Assembly (NCBI GenBank): GCA_046076045.1
Contig: JBJTRI010000033.1
Coordinates: forward strand, 745 to 64,744
Direction of reading: 5' to 3'
DNA length: 64,000 bases
Origin: a bacterium
GTDB lineage: Bacteria; Eisenbacteria; RBG-16-71-46
The notes under the pieces are model-generated. The model was not told where the DNA came from, ran no database searches, and saw only the letters and a list, made by a program, of their open reading frames with translations. The translations under genes and the position numbers were made by a program. Below, in pieces: positions 27,617 to 38,047 of this stretch; positions within the stretch are counted from its first letter, which is position 1; each line of letters starts with the position of its first letter.

Positions 27617-28951
27617 ATGTCCCGAATCCTTCCCATGACGCCGTGGTCGTTCGTGGTCGCCGCTGCGCTCGCGGTCGGCGCCACGTGCGCCTCGGCCGCC
27701 ACGGCGCCCACGCTCGACCTCGAGCGCGCGCTCGCCGAGGTCGCAGCGCAGGACCCGCTGCTGCAGGCCCAGCGCCACGAGGTCACGGCCGCGCGTGCCC
27801 GTGCGGTGCGCGCCGGTGCGGGCGAGGCCCCCATGCTGGAGTTCATGCTCGAGAACGTGCCTGTAGGCGGCGGCTTCGACATGGACGAGATGACCATGCG
27901 CACGGTGGGCGTGCAGCAGCGCCTCGGGGTGAACGGTGCGCGCGGCTACGCGCGCCGTGCCGCGCAGCACGAGGCGCGCGCCCGCGAGGCGCGCGTGGAC
28001 GACACGCGTTGGCAGCGGCTCGCCGCCGCGTGGGAGGCGTACGCCGACGCGTACCACTCGGCCGAGCGCGCCGCCGCGGCCCGCGAGCATCGTGCGATCA
28101 TGCAGCGCATGGCGGGCGCGGCCCGGGCGCGCTACGAGTCGGGGCGCGGCCGGTTCGAGGACCTGCTGCGGGTCGAGGCCGAGCGCGCGCGCATCGAGGC
28201 CGATGCGGTGACGTTCGAGTCCGAGGAACTCGCCGCGCGGGCGCGACTCGCGCAGTTGCGCGGGCTCGGGGGGGACGGCGCGAGCGAGGTGCTCGCCGCC
28301 CCGAATGGAGCGCTCGCGCCCGACAGTGCGGCCGGTTGGGCGGGTGCGGTGGCGGGTCATCCGCGCGTCGCGATGGCCGGTCACCTCGAGCGTTCGCGGC
28401 GCGACGCCGCGAGTTCGATGCGCCGCATGGCGTGGCCCGACCTCACGCTGCGCGCCTCCTACGGCTACCGCGGCACGCTCCACGAGGGACTGCACGACCT
28501 CGACGACATGTGGAGTGCGGGCGTGGCGGTGATGCTGCCGGTCGGCTTCGGCTCGCGCGAGGGCGCCGAGGCGCGCGAGATGGACGCCATGGCCGACGCC
28601 GCGCTCGCCGAGCGCCGCGCCGAGGCCCTGGCGCTCGAGCGCGAGATGCGCGCGCTCCGGCTCGAGGCGCGCGCCGCGGCGCGCACCGCGACCCTGCTCG
28701 CCGACACCGTGGCGGTCGCCGACCGCAAGGCGCTGGCCGCCGCGTGGAGCGCGTACGAGACGGGTGCCACCGACCTCGCCGGCGTGTTCGAGGCGGCGCA
28801 TGCGTTGTACACCGAGGAGATCGACGTGACGCGCGCGCGGCAGGCCCACGCGCGCGCATTGGCCCGGCTGCTCGCGATCACCGCGGACGGCTCGTTGGTG
28901 GGGGTGCGCGTGCCGGTCGCGGACGCGCCGAGCGGGAGGGATGCGCGATGA
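27617..28951 (+). CDS. Outer-membrane efflux protein (TolC family; CusC/CzcC-like)
   Basis: Signal peptide, two repeated coiled-coil/beta halves typical of OEP-family proteins. Positioned first in an RND tripartite operon. Confidence 0.7.
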   Translation: MSRILPMTPWSFVVAAALAVGATCASAATAPTLDLERALAEVAAQDPLLQAQRHEVTAARARAVRAGAGEAPMLEFMLENVPVGGGFDMDEMTMRTVGVQQRLGVNGARGYARRAAQHEARAREARVDDTRWQRLAAAWEAYADAYHSAERAAAAREHRAIMQRMAGAARARYESGRGRFEDLLRVEAERARIEADAVTFESEELAARARLAQLRGLGGDGASEVLAAPNGALAPDSAAGWAGAVAGHPRVAMAGHLERSRRDAASSMRRMAWPDLTLRASYGYRGTLHEGLHDLDDMWSAGVAVMLPVGFGSREGAEAREMDAMADAALAERRAEALALEREMRALRLEARAAARTATLLADTVAVADRKALAAAWSAYETGATDLAGVFEAAHALYTEEIDVTRARQAHARALARLLAITADGSLVGVRVPVADAPSGRDAR

Positions 28952-30312
28952 GTGACGATCTCGAGCGGAACGATGCGCCGGGGCAGCCCCCGGCGGGTGC
29001 GGCGTTCATGAACGCGGTGCGCTGGGGCATGTTCGGCGTACTCGCGCTGTTGGCGGTGATCTCGATCGCGAGCTGGGTCGCGTGGCGGGTCGAGGAGGGG
29101 CGGCTGGCCAAGGGCGGCGCCACGGCCGAGCGCACCTCGGTGTGGCTGTGCCCCATGCACCCCAGCTACACGAGCGACAAGCCGGGCGAGTGTCCGATCT
29201 GCAACATGAACTTCGAGCCCGCGCCCGAGTCCGAGGGGCCGGTCGCCGAGGTCGAGGGCGGCGTCCCGGGTCTGGTCGCGGTGACCGTGCCGGCCGAGCG
29301 CACGCAGCTCATCGGCGTGCGGCTCGCGCGCGTCGAGCGCTCGTCGCTCGGGGCGGGAGCGCCGCTCATCGGGTTCGTCGCGCCGGACGAGACGCGTCTG
29401 CGCCGCGTCCAGTTGCGCGTCTCGGGCTGGGTGCAGTCGGTCGCCATGGACCGCACCGGCGAGACCGTGCGCGCAGGCCAGCCCATGCTTTCGTTGTACA
29501 GCCCCGAGCTCGTGCAGAGCGAGCAGGAGTACCTGATCGCGATGGGCGAGGGCGAGGGGGGCGCGGGGCACGACGCGGGCGCGCACGACGCGGCGCGCGA
29601 GCGCCTGCGCCGGCTCGGGGTGCCCGACGACGAGGTCGAGCGTCTCGAGCGCGAGCGCAAGCCGTCGTCACGCCTCACGCTGCGTTCGCCGGTCACCGGC
29701 ACGGTGCTCGAGCGCAACGTGGTCGAGGGTCAGTACGTGGGCGCCGACACGCCGTTGTTCACGGTCGCCGACCTCACGCGCATCTGGGTGCTCGTGGACC
29801 TGTACGAGATGGACCTCGGGCGCGTGCGCGTGGGCGATCGGGCGCGCTTCACCGCCGACGCGCTGCCCGGCCGCACGTTCGAGGCGGCGATCGACTTCGT
29901 GTACCCCACCGTCTCCAGCGAGACGCGCACGCTCAAGGCGCGCCTGTCGCTCGCCAACCCGGACGGGTTGCTGCGCCCCGGCATGTACGGTCAGGTCGAG
30001 GTCGCGAACCGCGCCGCGACGACCGCGCTCGTGGTCCCGTCCGAGGCCGTGGTCAACACCGGCGACGTCTCGTACGTGTTCCTCGCGCGCGGTGACGGAC
30101 GCTTCGAGCCGCGCCGGGTGTGGACCGGGCGCGGCGACGGCGACCGCATCACCGTGCTGCGCGGGCTCGCCGCCGGCGACACCGTGGTCGCGAGCGCGTC
30201 GTTCCTGATCGACTCCGAGAGCCGACTCAAGGCGGCCATCGCCGGCATCGGCGGGGCCTCGTCCGCGAAGCCGGGTGCCGCGCCGTCCGCGGCCAAGCCG
30301 GCTCGTCCGTGA
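28948..30312 (+). CDS. Efflux RND periplasmic adaptor (CusB/CzcB family) with N-terminal heavy-metal-binding domain
   Basis: ATGA overlap with the upstream gene. TM anchor, CPMHP..CPICNM metal-binding motif and the biotinyl-lipoyl-like / beta-barrel domains of MFP adaptors. Confidence 0.75.
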   Translation: MSDDLERNDAPGQPPAGAAFMNAVRWGMFGVLALLAVISIASWVAWRVEEGRLAKGGATAERTSVWLCPMHPSYTSDKPGECPICNMNFEPAPESEGPVAEVEGGVPGLVAVTVPAERTQLIGVRLARVERSSLGAGAPLIGFVAPDETRLRRVQLRVSGWVQSVAMDRTGETVRAGQPMLSLYSPELVQSEQEYLIAMGEGEGGAGHDAGAHDAARERLRRLGVPDDEVERLERERKPSSRLTLRSPVTGTVLERNVVEGQYVGADTPLFTVADLTRIWVLVDLYEMDLGRVRVGDRARFTADALPGRTFEAAIDFVYPTVSSETRTLKARLSLANPDGLLRPGMYGQVEVANRAATTALVVPSEAVVNTGDVSYVFLARGDGRFEPRRVWTGRGDGDRITVLRGLAAGDTVVASASFLIDSESRLKAAIAGIGGASSAKPGAAPSAAKPARP

Positions 30313-30319
30313 GGCCCCG

Positions 30320-33300
30320 ATGATCGCGCGACTCATCGAATGGTGCGCCACCCGGCGCACGCTCGTGGTGGTGCTGTCCATGGTGGCGTTCGTGGGATCC
30401 CTGCTCGTCATGCGCAAGGTCCCGCTCGACGCCATCCCCGACCTCTCCGATCCGCAGGTCATCGTGTTCACGGAGTGGATGGGCCGCAGCCCCGACCTCG
30501 TCGAGGACCAAGTCACGTACCCGATCGTCTCGAGCCTGCTCGCCGCGCCCAAGGTGGCGGCGGTGCGCGGGCAGAGCATGTTCGGGATGAGCTTCATCTA
30601 CGTCATCTTCGAGGAGGGCACCGACCCGTACTGGGCGCGCAGTCGCGTGCTCGAGTACCTGAGCACCATCCGCACGCAGCTGCCGCAGGGCGTCGCGCCG
30701 CAGCTCGGCCCCGACGCCTCGGCCGTGGGCTGGGTGTACCAGTACGTGCTCGAGGATCGGAGCGGCAAGCACGACCTCGCCGAGCTGCGCGCGTTCCAGG
30801 ACTTCCACCTGCGCTACGCGCTCGCCAGCGTGCCGGGGGTGGCCGAGGTGGCCTCGGTCGGCGGCTACGAGCGCCAGTACCAGGTCGAGGTGGACCCGGC
30901 GCGGCTGCACGCGCACGGCCTGTCGGTGGCCGACGTCACCGCCGCGCTGCGTCGCAGCAACCGCGAGGTCGGTGGCCGCGTCATCGAGATGTCGGGGCGC
31001 GAGTACTTCGTGCGCGGGCGCGGCTACATCCGCTCGCTCGACGACCTGCGCCGCGTCTCGGTCGGCGTGGACCGCCGCACCGGCACGCCCATCCGCATCG
31101 CCGACGTCGGTCGCGTGTCGTTCGGTCCCGACATCCGGCGCGGCGTCGCCGAACTGGACGGCGTCGGCGAGGCGGTGGGCGGCACCATCGTGATGCGCTA
31201 CGGCGAGAACGCCGCCGACGTCATCGCGCGCGTCCAGCGCAAGATCGACGAGCTGCGCCCCTCGTTCCCGGAGGGCGTGCGCTTGCGCACGGTGTACGAC
31301 CGCTCGTCGCTCATCCACCGCGCCATCGACACGCTCAAGCACACGCTGATCGAGGAGGCCGTCGTCGTGAGCCTCGTCATCTTCGTGTTCCTGCTCCACC
31401 TGCGCAGCACGCTGGTGCCGGTGCTCACCCTGCCGGTGGCGGTCGCGCTCGCGTTCCTGCCCATGGCGTGGCTGCGCATCGACTCCAACATCATGAGCCT
31501 CGGCGGCATCGCGATCGCCATCGGCGCCATGGTGGACGCCGCCATCGTGCTGGTCGAGAACGCGCACAAGCACCTCGAGCAGGCCAGGCCCGGGGACGAC
31601 CGCAAGCGCATCGTGATCGAGGCGGCGAAGGAGGTCGGGCCCCCCATCTTCTTCTCGCTGCTCGTGATCACCGTGTCGTTCCTGCCCATCTTCGCGCTCA
31701 ACGGTCAGGCCGGCCGGTTGTTCAGCTCGTTGGCGTGGACGAAGACGTTCGCCATGGGCTTCGCCGCGCTCGTCTCGGTGACGCTGGCGCCCGCCCTCAT
31801 GACGTTCTTCGTGCGCGGACGCGTGCGTGCCGAGCGCGACCATCCGGTCTCGCGCGCCCTCATCGCGGTCTACCAGCCGTTCGTGTGGGTCGCGCTCCGC
31901 AACCCGCGCACCACCATCGCGCTCGGGCTGGCGGCGGTGCTGTCGGCGGTGCCCATGGCCGCGCGGCTCGGGCACGAGTTCATGCCGCCCCTGCAGGAGG
32001 GCGACATCCTCTACATGCCGACCACGTTCCCGAACCTCTCGATCGAGGAGGCCAAGCGCAGCCTGCAGATCCAGGACCAGCTCATCCAGCGCTTCCCCGA
32101 GGTCGAGCGCGTCTTCGGCAAGGCGGGGCGCGCCAACACCGCCACCGACCCGGCGCCGCTGTCGATGGCCGAGACGGTCGTGAAGCTGAAGCCGCGCGAC
32201 CAGTGGCGCATGGTCGAGACGCGGCGGTGGTGGAGCGGGCGCGTGCCGGCGTGGACCGAACCCGCGCTGCGCGTGGTGTGGCCCGACCGGCATCGCATGA
32301 CCTACGACGAGCTCGTCGCCGAACTCGACCGCACCGTGCGCCTGCCCGGGTGGACGAACGCCTGGACGATGCCCATCAATACGCGCATCGACATGCTCTC
32401 GACCGGCGTGCGCACCCCGATCGGCGTCAAGGTGTTCGGCCCCGACCTCGACGTGATCGAGCGCATCGGCGTGGACCTGGAGCACGCGCTCGCGGCCGTA
32501 CCGCACACGCGCAGCGTGTACTCCGACCGCAACACGGGCGGGCTGTACGTGGACATCGTGCCCGACCGCGAGGCGCTGGCGCGCTACGGGTTGTCGCTCG
32601 GCGACGTGCAGGACGTGGTCGAGGCCGCGATCGGTGGCGAGCCGATCGAGGTCACGGTCGAGGGCCGCGAGCGCTTCACCATCAACGTGCGCTACCCGGC
32701 GGCGCTGCGGCAGGACGTCGAGCGCCTGCGTCAGGTCCTCGTGCCGCTGCATCGCGGCGCACGCTCGGGGCCCGCGGGCGCCATGGACGACGGCATGGGA
32801 GCGGATGCCCCGGGGACGCTCGACGCCGCGCTGCTGCTGGCCTCGAACGGGCTGTCCGACATGGGGGATGCCATGCCCGGCATGGGCGGCGCGTCGCGCC
32901 CGGCCAGCGGTGCGAGCGGCGGCATGCCCGGCATGGGCGGTCGCGGTCTCGCGACGGGTTCGCCGAGCGGTTCGCCGTCCGCCAGCCCCGCGCCCGCGGT
33001 CTCGCTCGAGCGCTGGGCGACCTCGGGCGGCGCGTACGTGCCGCTCGGGCAGGTCGCGCACATCGAGGTCTCGAGCGGACCGCCCATGATCCGCGACGAG
33101 GCCGGCATGCTGGTGGGCTACGTGTACGTGGACATGGACGCCGGCCGCCGCGACATCGGGCACTACGTCGAGGACGCCAAGCGCGCGGTCGCGCGCAGCG
33201 TCACGCTGCCGCCCGGCTACTTCCTCAAGTGGACCGGGCAGTACGAGTTGCTCGAGCAGATGCAGGCGCGCATGCGCTGGCTCGTGCCGCTCACGCTGCT

Positions 33301-33811
33301 GCTCATCGTGCTCCTGCTCTACGCGCACTTCGGGCGCCTCGTGCCGGTGCTCATCGTGCTGTGCTCGGTGCCGTTCTCGCTCGTCGGCAGCGTCTGGCTC
33401 ATCACCGCGCTCGGCTACCACCTGTCCACCGCGGTCTGGGTCGGGTTCATCGCGCTGGTCGGGCTCGCCACGCAGACCGGTGTCGTCATGGTGGTGTACC
33501 TCGACTCGGCCTACGAGCGCGCCAGGCGCGAGGGCCGCATCCACGGCTACGACGACATCGTCGCCGCCGTCATCGAGGGCTCGGTGCAGCGCGTGCGGCC
33601 CAAGCTCATGACCGTCGCCACCACGCTCATCGGTCTGTTGCCGCTGCTGTGGTCGGACGGTGCCGGGGCCGACGTCATGAAGCGCGTCGCCGCGCCCATG
33701 GTGGGCGGCCTGCTCACCTCGGCGTTCCTGACGCTCGAGATCATCCCGGTCGTGTACGCGTGGTGGCGCCACCGCGAGTGGCGACGCGAGACCGCGCGTG
33801 CGAGGGTCTGA
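30320..33811 (+). CDS. Heavy-metal efflux RND transporter (CusA/CzcA family, HME-RND), 1163 aa, with a Met/Gly-rich insertion
   Basis: 12-TM RND architecture, HME signatures (conserved Asp/Glu in TM4 region AIGAMVDAAIVLVEN) and Met residues. Insertion ..DMGDAMPGMGGASRPASGASGGMPGMGGRG.. within the periplasmic domain. Confidence 0.85.
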   Translation: MIARLIEWCATRRTLVVVLSMVAFVGSLLVMRKVPLDAIPDLSDPQVIVFTEWMGRSPDLVEDQVTYPIVSSLLAAPKVAAVRGQSMFGMSFIYVIFEEGTDPYWARSRVLEYLSTIRTQLPQGVAPQLGPDASAVGWVYQYVLEDRSGKHDLAELRAFQDFHLRYALASVPGVAEVASVGGYERQYQVEVDPARLHAHGLSVADVTAALRRSNREVGGRVIEMSGREYFVRGRGYIRSLDDLRRVSVGVDRRTGTPIRIADVGRVSFGPDIRRGVAELDGVGEAVGGTIVMRYGENAADVIARVQRKIDELRPSFPEGVRLRTVYDRSSLIHRAIDTLKHTLIEEAVVVSLVIFVFLLHLRSTLVPVLTLPVAVALAFLPMAWLRIDSNIMSLGGIAIAIGAMVDAAIVLVENAHKHLEQARPGDDRKRIVIEAAKEVGPPIFFSLLVITVSFLPIFALNGQAGRLFSSLAWTKTFAMGFAALVSVTLAPALMTFFVRGRVRAERDHPVSRALIAVYQPFVWVALRNPRTTIALGLAAVLSAVPMAARLGHEFMPPLQEGDILYMPTTFPNLSIEEAKRSLQIQDQLIQRFPEVERVFGKAGRANTATDPAPLSMAETVVKLKPRDQWRMVETRRWWSGRVPAWTEPALRVVWPDRHRMTYDELVAELDRTVRLPGWTNAWTMPINTRIDMLSTGVRTPIGVKVFGPDLDVIERIGVDLEHALAAVPHTRSVYSDRNTGGLYVDIVPDREALARYGLSLGDVQDVVEAAIGGEPIEVTVEGRERFTINVRYPAALRQDVERLRQVLVPLHRGARSGPAGAMDDGMGADAPGTLDAALLLASNGLSDMGDAMPGMGGASRPASGASGGMPGMGGRGLATGSPSGSPSASPAPAVSLERWATSGGAYVPLGQVAHIEVSSGPPMIRDEAGMLVGYVYVDMDAGRRDIGHYVEDAKRAVARSVTLPPGYFLKWTGQYELLEQMQARMRWLVPLTLLLIVLLLYAHFGRLVPVLIVLCSVPFSLVGSVWLITALGYHLSTAVWVGFIALVGLATQTGVVMVVYLDSAYERARREGRIHGYDDIVAAVIEGSVQRVRPKLMTVATTLIGLLPLLWSDGAGADVMKRVAAPMVGGLLTSAFLTLEIIPVVYAWWRHREWRRETARARV

Positions 33812-33814
33812 GGC

Positions 33815-36145
33815 ATGTCCACGTTCATCCCGCTGACCGCGATCCGGCGCGAGGGCGAGGCCGCTCCGCCGGTCGAGACCGTGCGGCTGCGCATCTCGGG
33901 CATGCACTGCGCCTCGTGCGTGGGGCGCGTCGAGCGTGCGCTGGTCGGGGTCGCGGGCGTGCAGGCGGCGCGCGTGAACCTCGCCACCCAGCGGGCCGAG
34001 GCCGACGTCGCGCAAGGGGCGGGCGAGGGCGCGATGCCGGCGCTCGTCGAGGCGGTGCGCGGGGTGGGCTACGAGGCGCACCCGGTGAGCGCGCCCGTCG
34101 CCGACGATCGCGAGACCGCCGAGCGCGCCGCCGAGGAGGCCGCCGAGCGCCGACGCTTCGCGCTCGCGGCCGGCTTCGGGGCCGGCGTGTTCGTGCTCGC
34201 GCACGTCGGACTGGTCGCGCCGGGGGTCCTGCCCGGCACGCCGTGGCAGCAGGGCGTGGCGCAGGCGCTGCTCGCCATCCCGGTGCAGTTCGTGGCGGGT
34301 GCGCCCTTCCTGCGGGGGCTCGTGCGCGGCGTGTGGCACCGGCGCCCCGACATGGACACGCTCGTCGGGTTGGGCACGCTGACCGCGTTCCTGTACTCGG
34401 TGTGGGTGCTCGCCGCCCGGCCGGTCGTGGCGCACGCGGGCCACGGCATGCTCGACCTGTACTTCGACACCTCGGCCACCATCGTGGCGTTGGTGCTGCT
34501 CGGTCGCGTGCTCGAGGCGCGCGCTCGAACCGGCACCTCGCGCGCGTTGCGGGCGCTGCTCGAGTTGCGCCCGCGCACCGCGCAGCGCGTGCGTGCGGGG
34601 CACGAGGAGACGGTGGCGCTCGACGACGTGCGGCCCGGCGACGAACTCGTGGTGCGTCCCGGCGAGCGCATCCCGGTGGACGGCCGCGTGCGCGAGGGTC
34701 GCACCGCGGTGGACCGCTCGCTCGTGACCGGCGAGAGCCTGCCGGTCGAGGTCGGCCCGGGCGACGTCGTGACCGGTGGCACGCTCAACGGCCACGCCGC
34801 GTTCACCATGACGGCCGAGCGTGTGGGCGCCGACACGGTGCTGCTGCAGGTGGTCGCCCTGGTCGAACGCGCGCAGACCAGCAAGGCGCAGGTGCAGCGG
34901 CTCGCCGACCGGATCGCCGCGGTGTTCGTGCCGGCGGTGGTCGCGGTCGCGATCCTGACCTTCGCCGTCTGGTGGGCCGCGGGCGCTCCGCTCGACGAGG
35001 CGCTGCCGCGACTGGTCGCGGTGCTCATCGTGGCCTGTCCCTGCGCGCTGGGGCTCGCCACGCCCACGGCGCTCGTCACCGCCACCGGACGCGGCGCGCA
35101 GTTGGGCGTGCTCGCCCGCGACGCGGGCGCGCTCGAGCGCGCCGAACGCGTGGATCGCATCGTGTTCGACAAGACGGGCACGCTCACGCAGGGCGCGCCG
35201 CAGTTGGTGGACGTGGTGGCCGCACCCGGCGTGGAGTCCGCGCGTCTGCTCGAGGTCGCGGCCACGGTGGAGCGTCGCAGCGAGCACCCGCTCGCGCTCG
35301 CGGTGCTGCGGGGCGCGCGCGAGCGCGGCGTGGAGCCGCGCGCGGTGGAGTCGTCGGGTGCCACGCCCGGTCGCGGCGTGTGGGCGCGCGTCGCGGGTCG
35401 CGAGTGGGTGGCCGGCACGAGCGCGCTGCTCGCTGGGCACGGCGTGTCCGACGCCTCGCTCGCCGACGATCGCGAGCGACTCGAGGCGCAGGGACGCACC
35501 GTGGTGGCCGTGGCCGAGGACGGCACGCTCATGGGGCTGCTCGGGCTCGCGGACACGCTGCGCCCCGAGGCGCCCGCGGTCGTGCGCGCGCTCGTCGCGT
35601 CGGGGTACGAGGTCTGGATGATCACCGGGGACCACGCCCGCACTGCGGCGACCGTGGCGGCGGCCGTGGGCATCGCGCCCGAGCGCGTGCTCGCCGGTGT
35701 GGAGCCCGCGGGCAAGAGCGCGGCGATCGAGCGCCTGCAGGCGGAGGGGAAGCGCGTGGCGATGGTGGGCGACGGGCTCAACGACGCGCCCGCGCTCGCG
35801 CGCGCCGACGTGGGGCTGGCCATGGCGAGCGGCACCGACGTCGCCATGGCCGCGAGCGCGTTCACGCTGGTGCGAGGCGACCTCGGTGCGGTCCCCGATG
35901 CGCTTCGCCTGGCGCGCCGCACGCTGCAGGTGGTGCGTCAGAACCTGTTCTGGGCGTTCGCCTACAACGTCGTCCTCATCCCCGTCGCGGCCGGTGTGCT
36001 GGTGCCGCTGCTGCGGACCGGTGGCCCCGTGGGCCCGGTGCTCGGTTGGTCGGGCGCCCTGCATCCCATGCTCGCCTCGTTGGCCATGGCGCTCTCGAGC
36101 GTCTCCGTCGTGTCGTCGTCGCTGCGTCTACGCTCGTTCCGATGA
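33815..36145 (+). CDS. copA: Copper(I)-translocating P1B-type ATPase
   Basis: N-terminal HMA domain [15 protein letters not shown] in TM6, [19 protein letters not shown] (TM7) and MxxSS (TM8: MALSSVSVV), which is the Cu+-specific P1B-1 signature. Confidence 0.85.
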   Translation: MSTFIPLTAIRREGEAAPPVETVRLRISGMHCASCVGRVERALVGVAGVQAARVNLATQRAEADVAQGAGEGAMPALVEAVRGVGYEAHPVSAPVADDRETAERAAEEAAERRRFALAAGFGAGVFVLAHVGLVAPGVLPGTPWQQGVAQALLAIPVQFVAGAPFLRGLVRGVWHRRPDMDTLVGLGTLTAFLYSVWVLAARPVVAHAGHGMLDLYFDTSATIVALVLLGRVLEARARTGTSRALRALLELRPRTAQRVRAGHEETVALDDVRPGDELVVRPGERIPVDGRVREGRTAVDRSLVTGESLPVEVGPGDVVTGGTLNGHAAFTMTAERVGADTVLLQVVALVERAQTSKAQVQRLADRIAAVFVPAVVAVAILTFAVWWAAGAPLDEALPRLVAVLIVACPCALGLATPTALVTATGRGAQLGVLARDAGALERAERVDRIVFDKTGTLTQGAPQLVDVVAAPGVESARLLEVAATVERRSEHPLALAVLRGARERGVEPRAVESSGATPGRGVWARVAGREWVAGTSALLAGHGVSDASLADDRERLEAQGRTVVAVAEDGTLMGLLGLADTLRPEAPAVVRALVASGYEVWMITGDHARTAATVAAAVGIAPERVLAGVEPAGKSAAIERLQAEGKRVAMVGDGLNDAPALARADVGLAMASGTDVAMAASAFTLVRGDLGAVPDALRLARRTLQVVRQNLFWAFAYNVVLIPVAAGVLVPLLRTGGPVGPVLGWSGALHPMLASLAMALSSVSVVSSSLRLRSFR

Positions 36146-36222
36146 ACCGCTTCCCGATGTCGTAATGTCCCATCACCCGACCGTCGCACCCGCGGCGGTC
36201 CCCACCCGAGAGGAGATCCCCG

Positions 36223-36558
36223 ATGCGTCGTCCGTTCGTCCTCGTCGCGCTGCTCGCCCTCGTCGCCGTGACCGGTTGCACCCCTGCGGGCCCGAAGGAG
36301 CTGCAGGTCACCGTCACCGACCTCGGCTTCGAGCCCAAGGAGCTCGTCATCCCCAAGGGTGGGGCCGCCGTCGTGGTGATGACGCGCAAGAGCGACAACA
36401 CCTGTGCCACCGAGGCGATCTTCGCCGAGACCGGCAAGCGCTACGACCTGCCGCTCAACACGCCGGTGCGCGTGGACCTGACGGGCGTGAGCCCCGGCAC
36501 GCTGCACTACGGCTGCGCGATGAACATGATGGAGAAGGGCACCATCGTCATCGAGTGA
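36223..36558 (+). CDS. Cupredoxin-like copper-binding lipoprotein
   Basis: SD GAGAGGAG. Lipobox LVAVTGC. ~95-aa beta-sandwich with C-terminal HYGCAMNMM candidate Cu ligands (His/Cys/Met). Confidence 0.6.
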   Translation: MRRPFVLVALLALVAVTGCTPAGPKELQVTVTDLGFEPKELVIPKGGAAVVVMTRKSDNTCATEAIFAETGKRYDLPLNTPVRVDLTGVSPGTLHYGCAMNMMEKGTIVIE

Positions 36559-36573
36559 CGCGTCCCGTCACCC

Positions 36574-36630
36574 GTGGACACGGCGAGAGGCGTCCGGCGA
36601 CGAGCCGGACGCCCCTTCGTCGTGTCCACA
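36574..36630. terminator. Nested GC hairpin (bidirectional terminator) between convergent genes
   Basis: cgtggacacg...ggcgtccggc-gacga-gccggacgcc...cgtcgtgtccac lies between the cupredoxin (+) and the low-GC gene (-). Confidence 0.5.
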
Positions 36631-36633
36631 TCG

Positions 36634-37044
36634 TCAGGGTCGGAAGGAGGAGCCCTGTCCCCAATAGCTGTAACTGTCCAAGCCCAGCGTCAGGACCTCG
36701 ATGTAGAGGAAGCCGATCGGAGTGCCCGACGAAAGGGCGGACGTGTCCATGACCTTGACGAACCCCGCCCCATCCACCGCGATGAAGTAGTGGTGGGGAC
36801 CGCTTGTGGTGTGAGCCATCAATCGGCGGTCGCGCGAGACCCAGTAGTAGTCATCGCCTTCCTTCTCGATGATGCACTTGTATCGAGTGCGGTCCTTGCT
36901 GGACAGCACGACACGCTTCGTGTCCTGCATGCTGCTGACGACACCGGTCTCCGGGGTGCCTGAGAAGACCGTGGTCGCGGCAAGAGCCGTCGAGGCGAAG
37001 AGGAGTGCGAGCCCGACCGGCACGAGGTAACGGGGAATCGACAT
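36634..37044 (-). CDS. Hypothetical secreted protein in a low-GC (~58%) island
   Basis: ATG at 37044 with a perfect AGGAGG SD. Signal peptide MSIPRYLVPVGLALLFASTALAA. Tyr/Ser-rich mature protein. Codon usage is atypical for this genome. Confidence 0.6.
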   Translation of the reverse strand: MSIPRYLVPVGLALLFASTALAATTVFSGTPETGVVSSMQDTKRVVLSSKDRTRYKCIIEKEGDDYYWVSRDRRLMAHTTSGPHHYFIAVDGAGFVKVMDTSALSSGTPIGFLYIEVLTLGLDSYSYWGQGSSFRP

Positions 37045-37089
37045 GCCAAACCCTCCTTTCAAGTACAGGTGGGAGAGGCGATATCGATA

Positions 37090-37920
37090 TCAAGCCAGCC
37101 CGAGGTCGTCGAGCTCGTCCTCGTCGAGGCCCATGAGGTGGCCGACCTCGTGCAGCACCGTGATGCGCACCTCGCGCGCCAACTCGTCGAGGTCGCGGCA
37201 GTGCCGCAGCAGGTTGCGCCGGAACAGGAAGATCGCGCCCGGGGCGTCGGGCGGGGCGCTCGTACCCTGCGCGAAGATGTGACGGCCCACGAACAGCCCG
37301 AGCAGGTCGGGGGAGAGCGGCGGATTCTCCTCCGACAGCATCTCCGCGGTCGGGAGCGGCTGCACCAGCACGGGCAGCTCCTCGAGCTCGGCACGGATGC
37401 GCTCGGGCAGCTCGCTGACCGCGCGCTCGACGAGCGCGTCGAACGTGTCGTCGTCCACCGTGAGCGGCTCGGGGAAGCGCTCGGCGTCGAGCCCGGCCGC
37501 GACCTCGGCGGCCGCCGCGGCGCCCTCGGGATCGCCCAGGTGCTCGAGCGTGCGCGACAGCAGGTCGTGCGAGAACCCGTCGTCGGTATGCACGGCGAGC
37601 GCGCGGCGCACGTCGGACTCGGTCTCGGCGAAGTGCGCGAGCTCGTAGTGGCAGGTGGCACGCAGCGCGAAGAAGCGCGCGGGGTCGGCCGAACGCTCGG
37701 CGCCCGCGAGCGCGGCCAACGCCTGGTGCGGTTCGCCCTCCTCGAGCTTGAGCGCGGCGTCCTCGACCAGCAGGTCGGGGTGGCGCGGGCGCTTGCGCAT
37801 GAGCCGGTCGAGCGCACTGCGCGCGTCCTCGACCTCGCCGTCGTCGAGCAGCTCGGCGATGCGGTCCACCTCGGCCCAGTCGGTCTCGTCCAGCGTCTCG
37901 TAGGGTTCGTTCCGGTCCAT
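37090..37920 (-). CDS. Zn-dependent metallopeptidase-family protein (HExxH), acidic N-terminal domain
   Basis: HEXXH motif VLHEVGHLMGLDEDE near the C-terminus (metallopeptidase family with a C-terminal zincin motif). First Met chosen at 37920. Confidence 0.6.
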   Translation of the reverse strand: MDRNEPYETLDETDWAEVDRIAELLDDGEVEDARSALDRLMRKRPRHPDLLVEDAALKLEEGEPHQALAALAGAERSADPARFFALRATCHYELAHFAETESDVRRALAVHTDDGFSHDLLSRTLEHLGDPEGAAAAAEVAAGLDAERFPEPLTVDDDTFDALVERAVSELPERIRAELEELPVLVQPLPTAEMLSEENPPLSPDLLGLFVGRHIFAQGTSAPPDAPGAIFLFRRNLLRHCRDLDELAREVRITVLHEVGHLMGLDEDELDDLGLA

Positions 37921-38047
37921 CCCGGTAGGGTATCGGAGTCGCGTCCGGCGCGCATGGCGCGGGGGTGGCCGCGGGCGGCGGGCACGGCTATGGTTCCCGA
38001 CCCGGCCGCCCGGCCGGGCCCGTCCCCACCCGCCGAGGAGCCCCGCG

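Noticed and set aside
30227-36165. Very long ORFs on both strands (1945 aa on -, 1941 aa on +) overlapping the RND pump and P-type ATPase genes
   Set aside because: Arg/Ala/Gly-rich low-complexity translations in alternative frames of a 72% GC sequence. The frames annotated as coding show the expected GC3 bias and recognisable domains; these do not.
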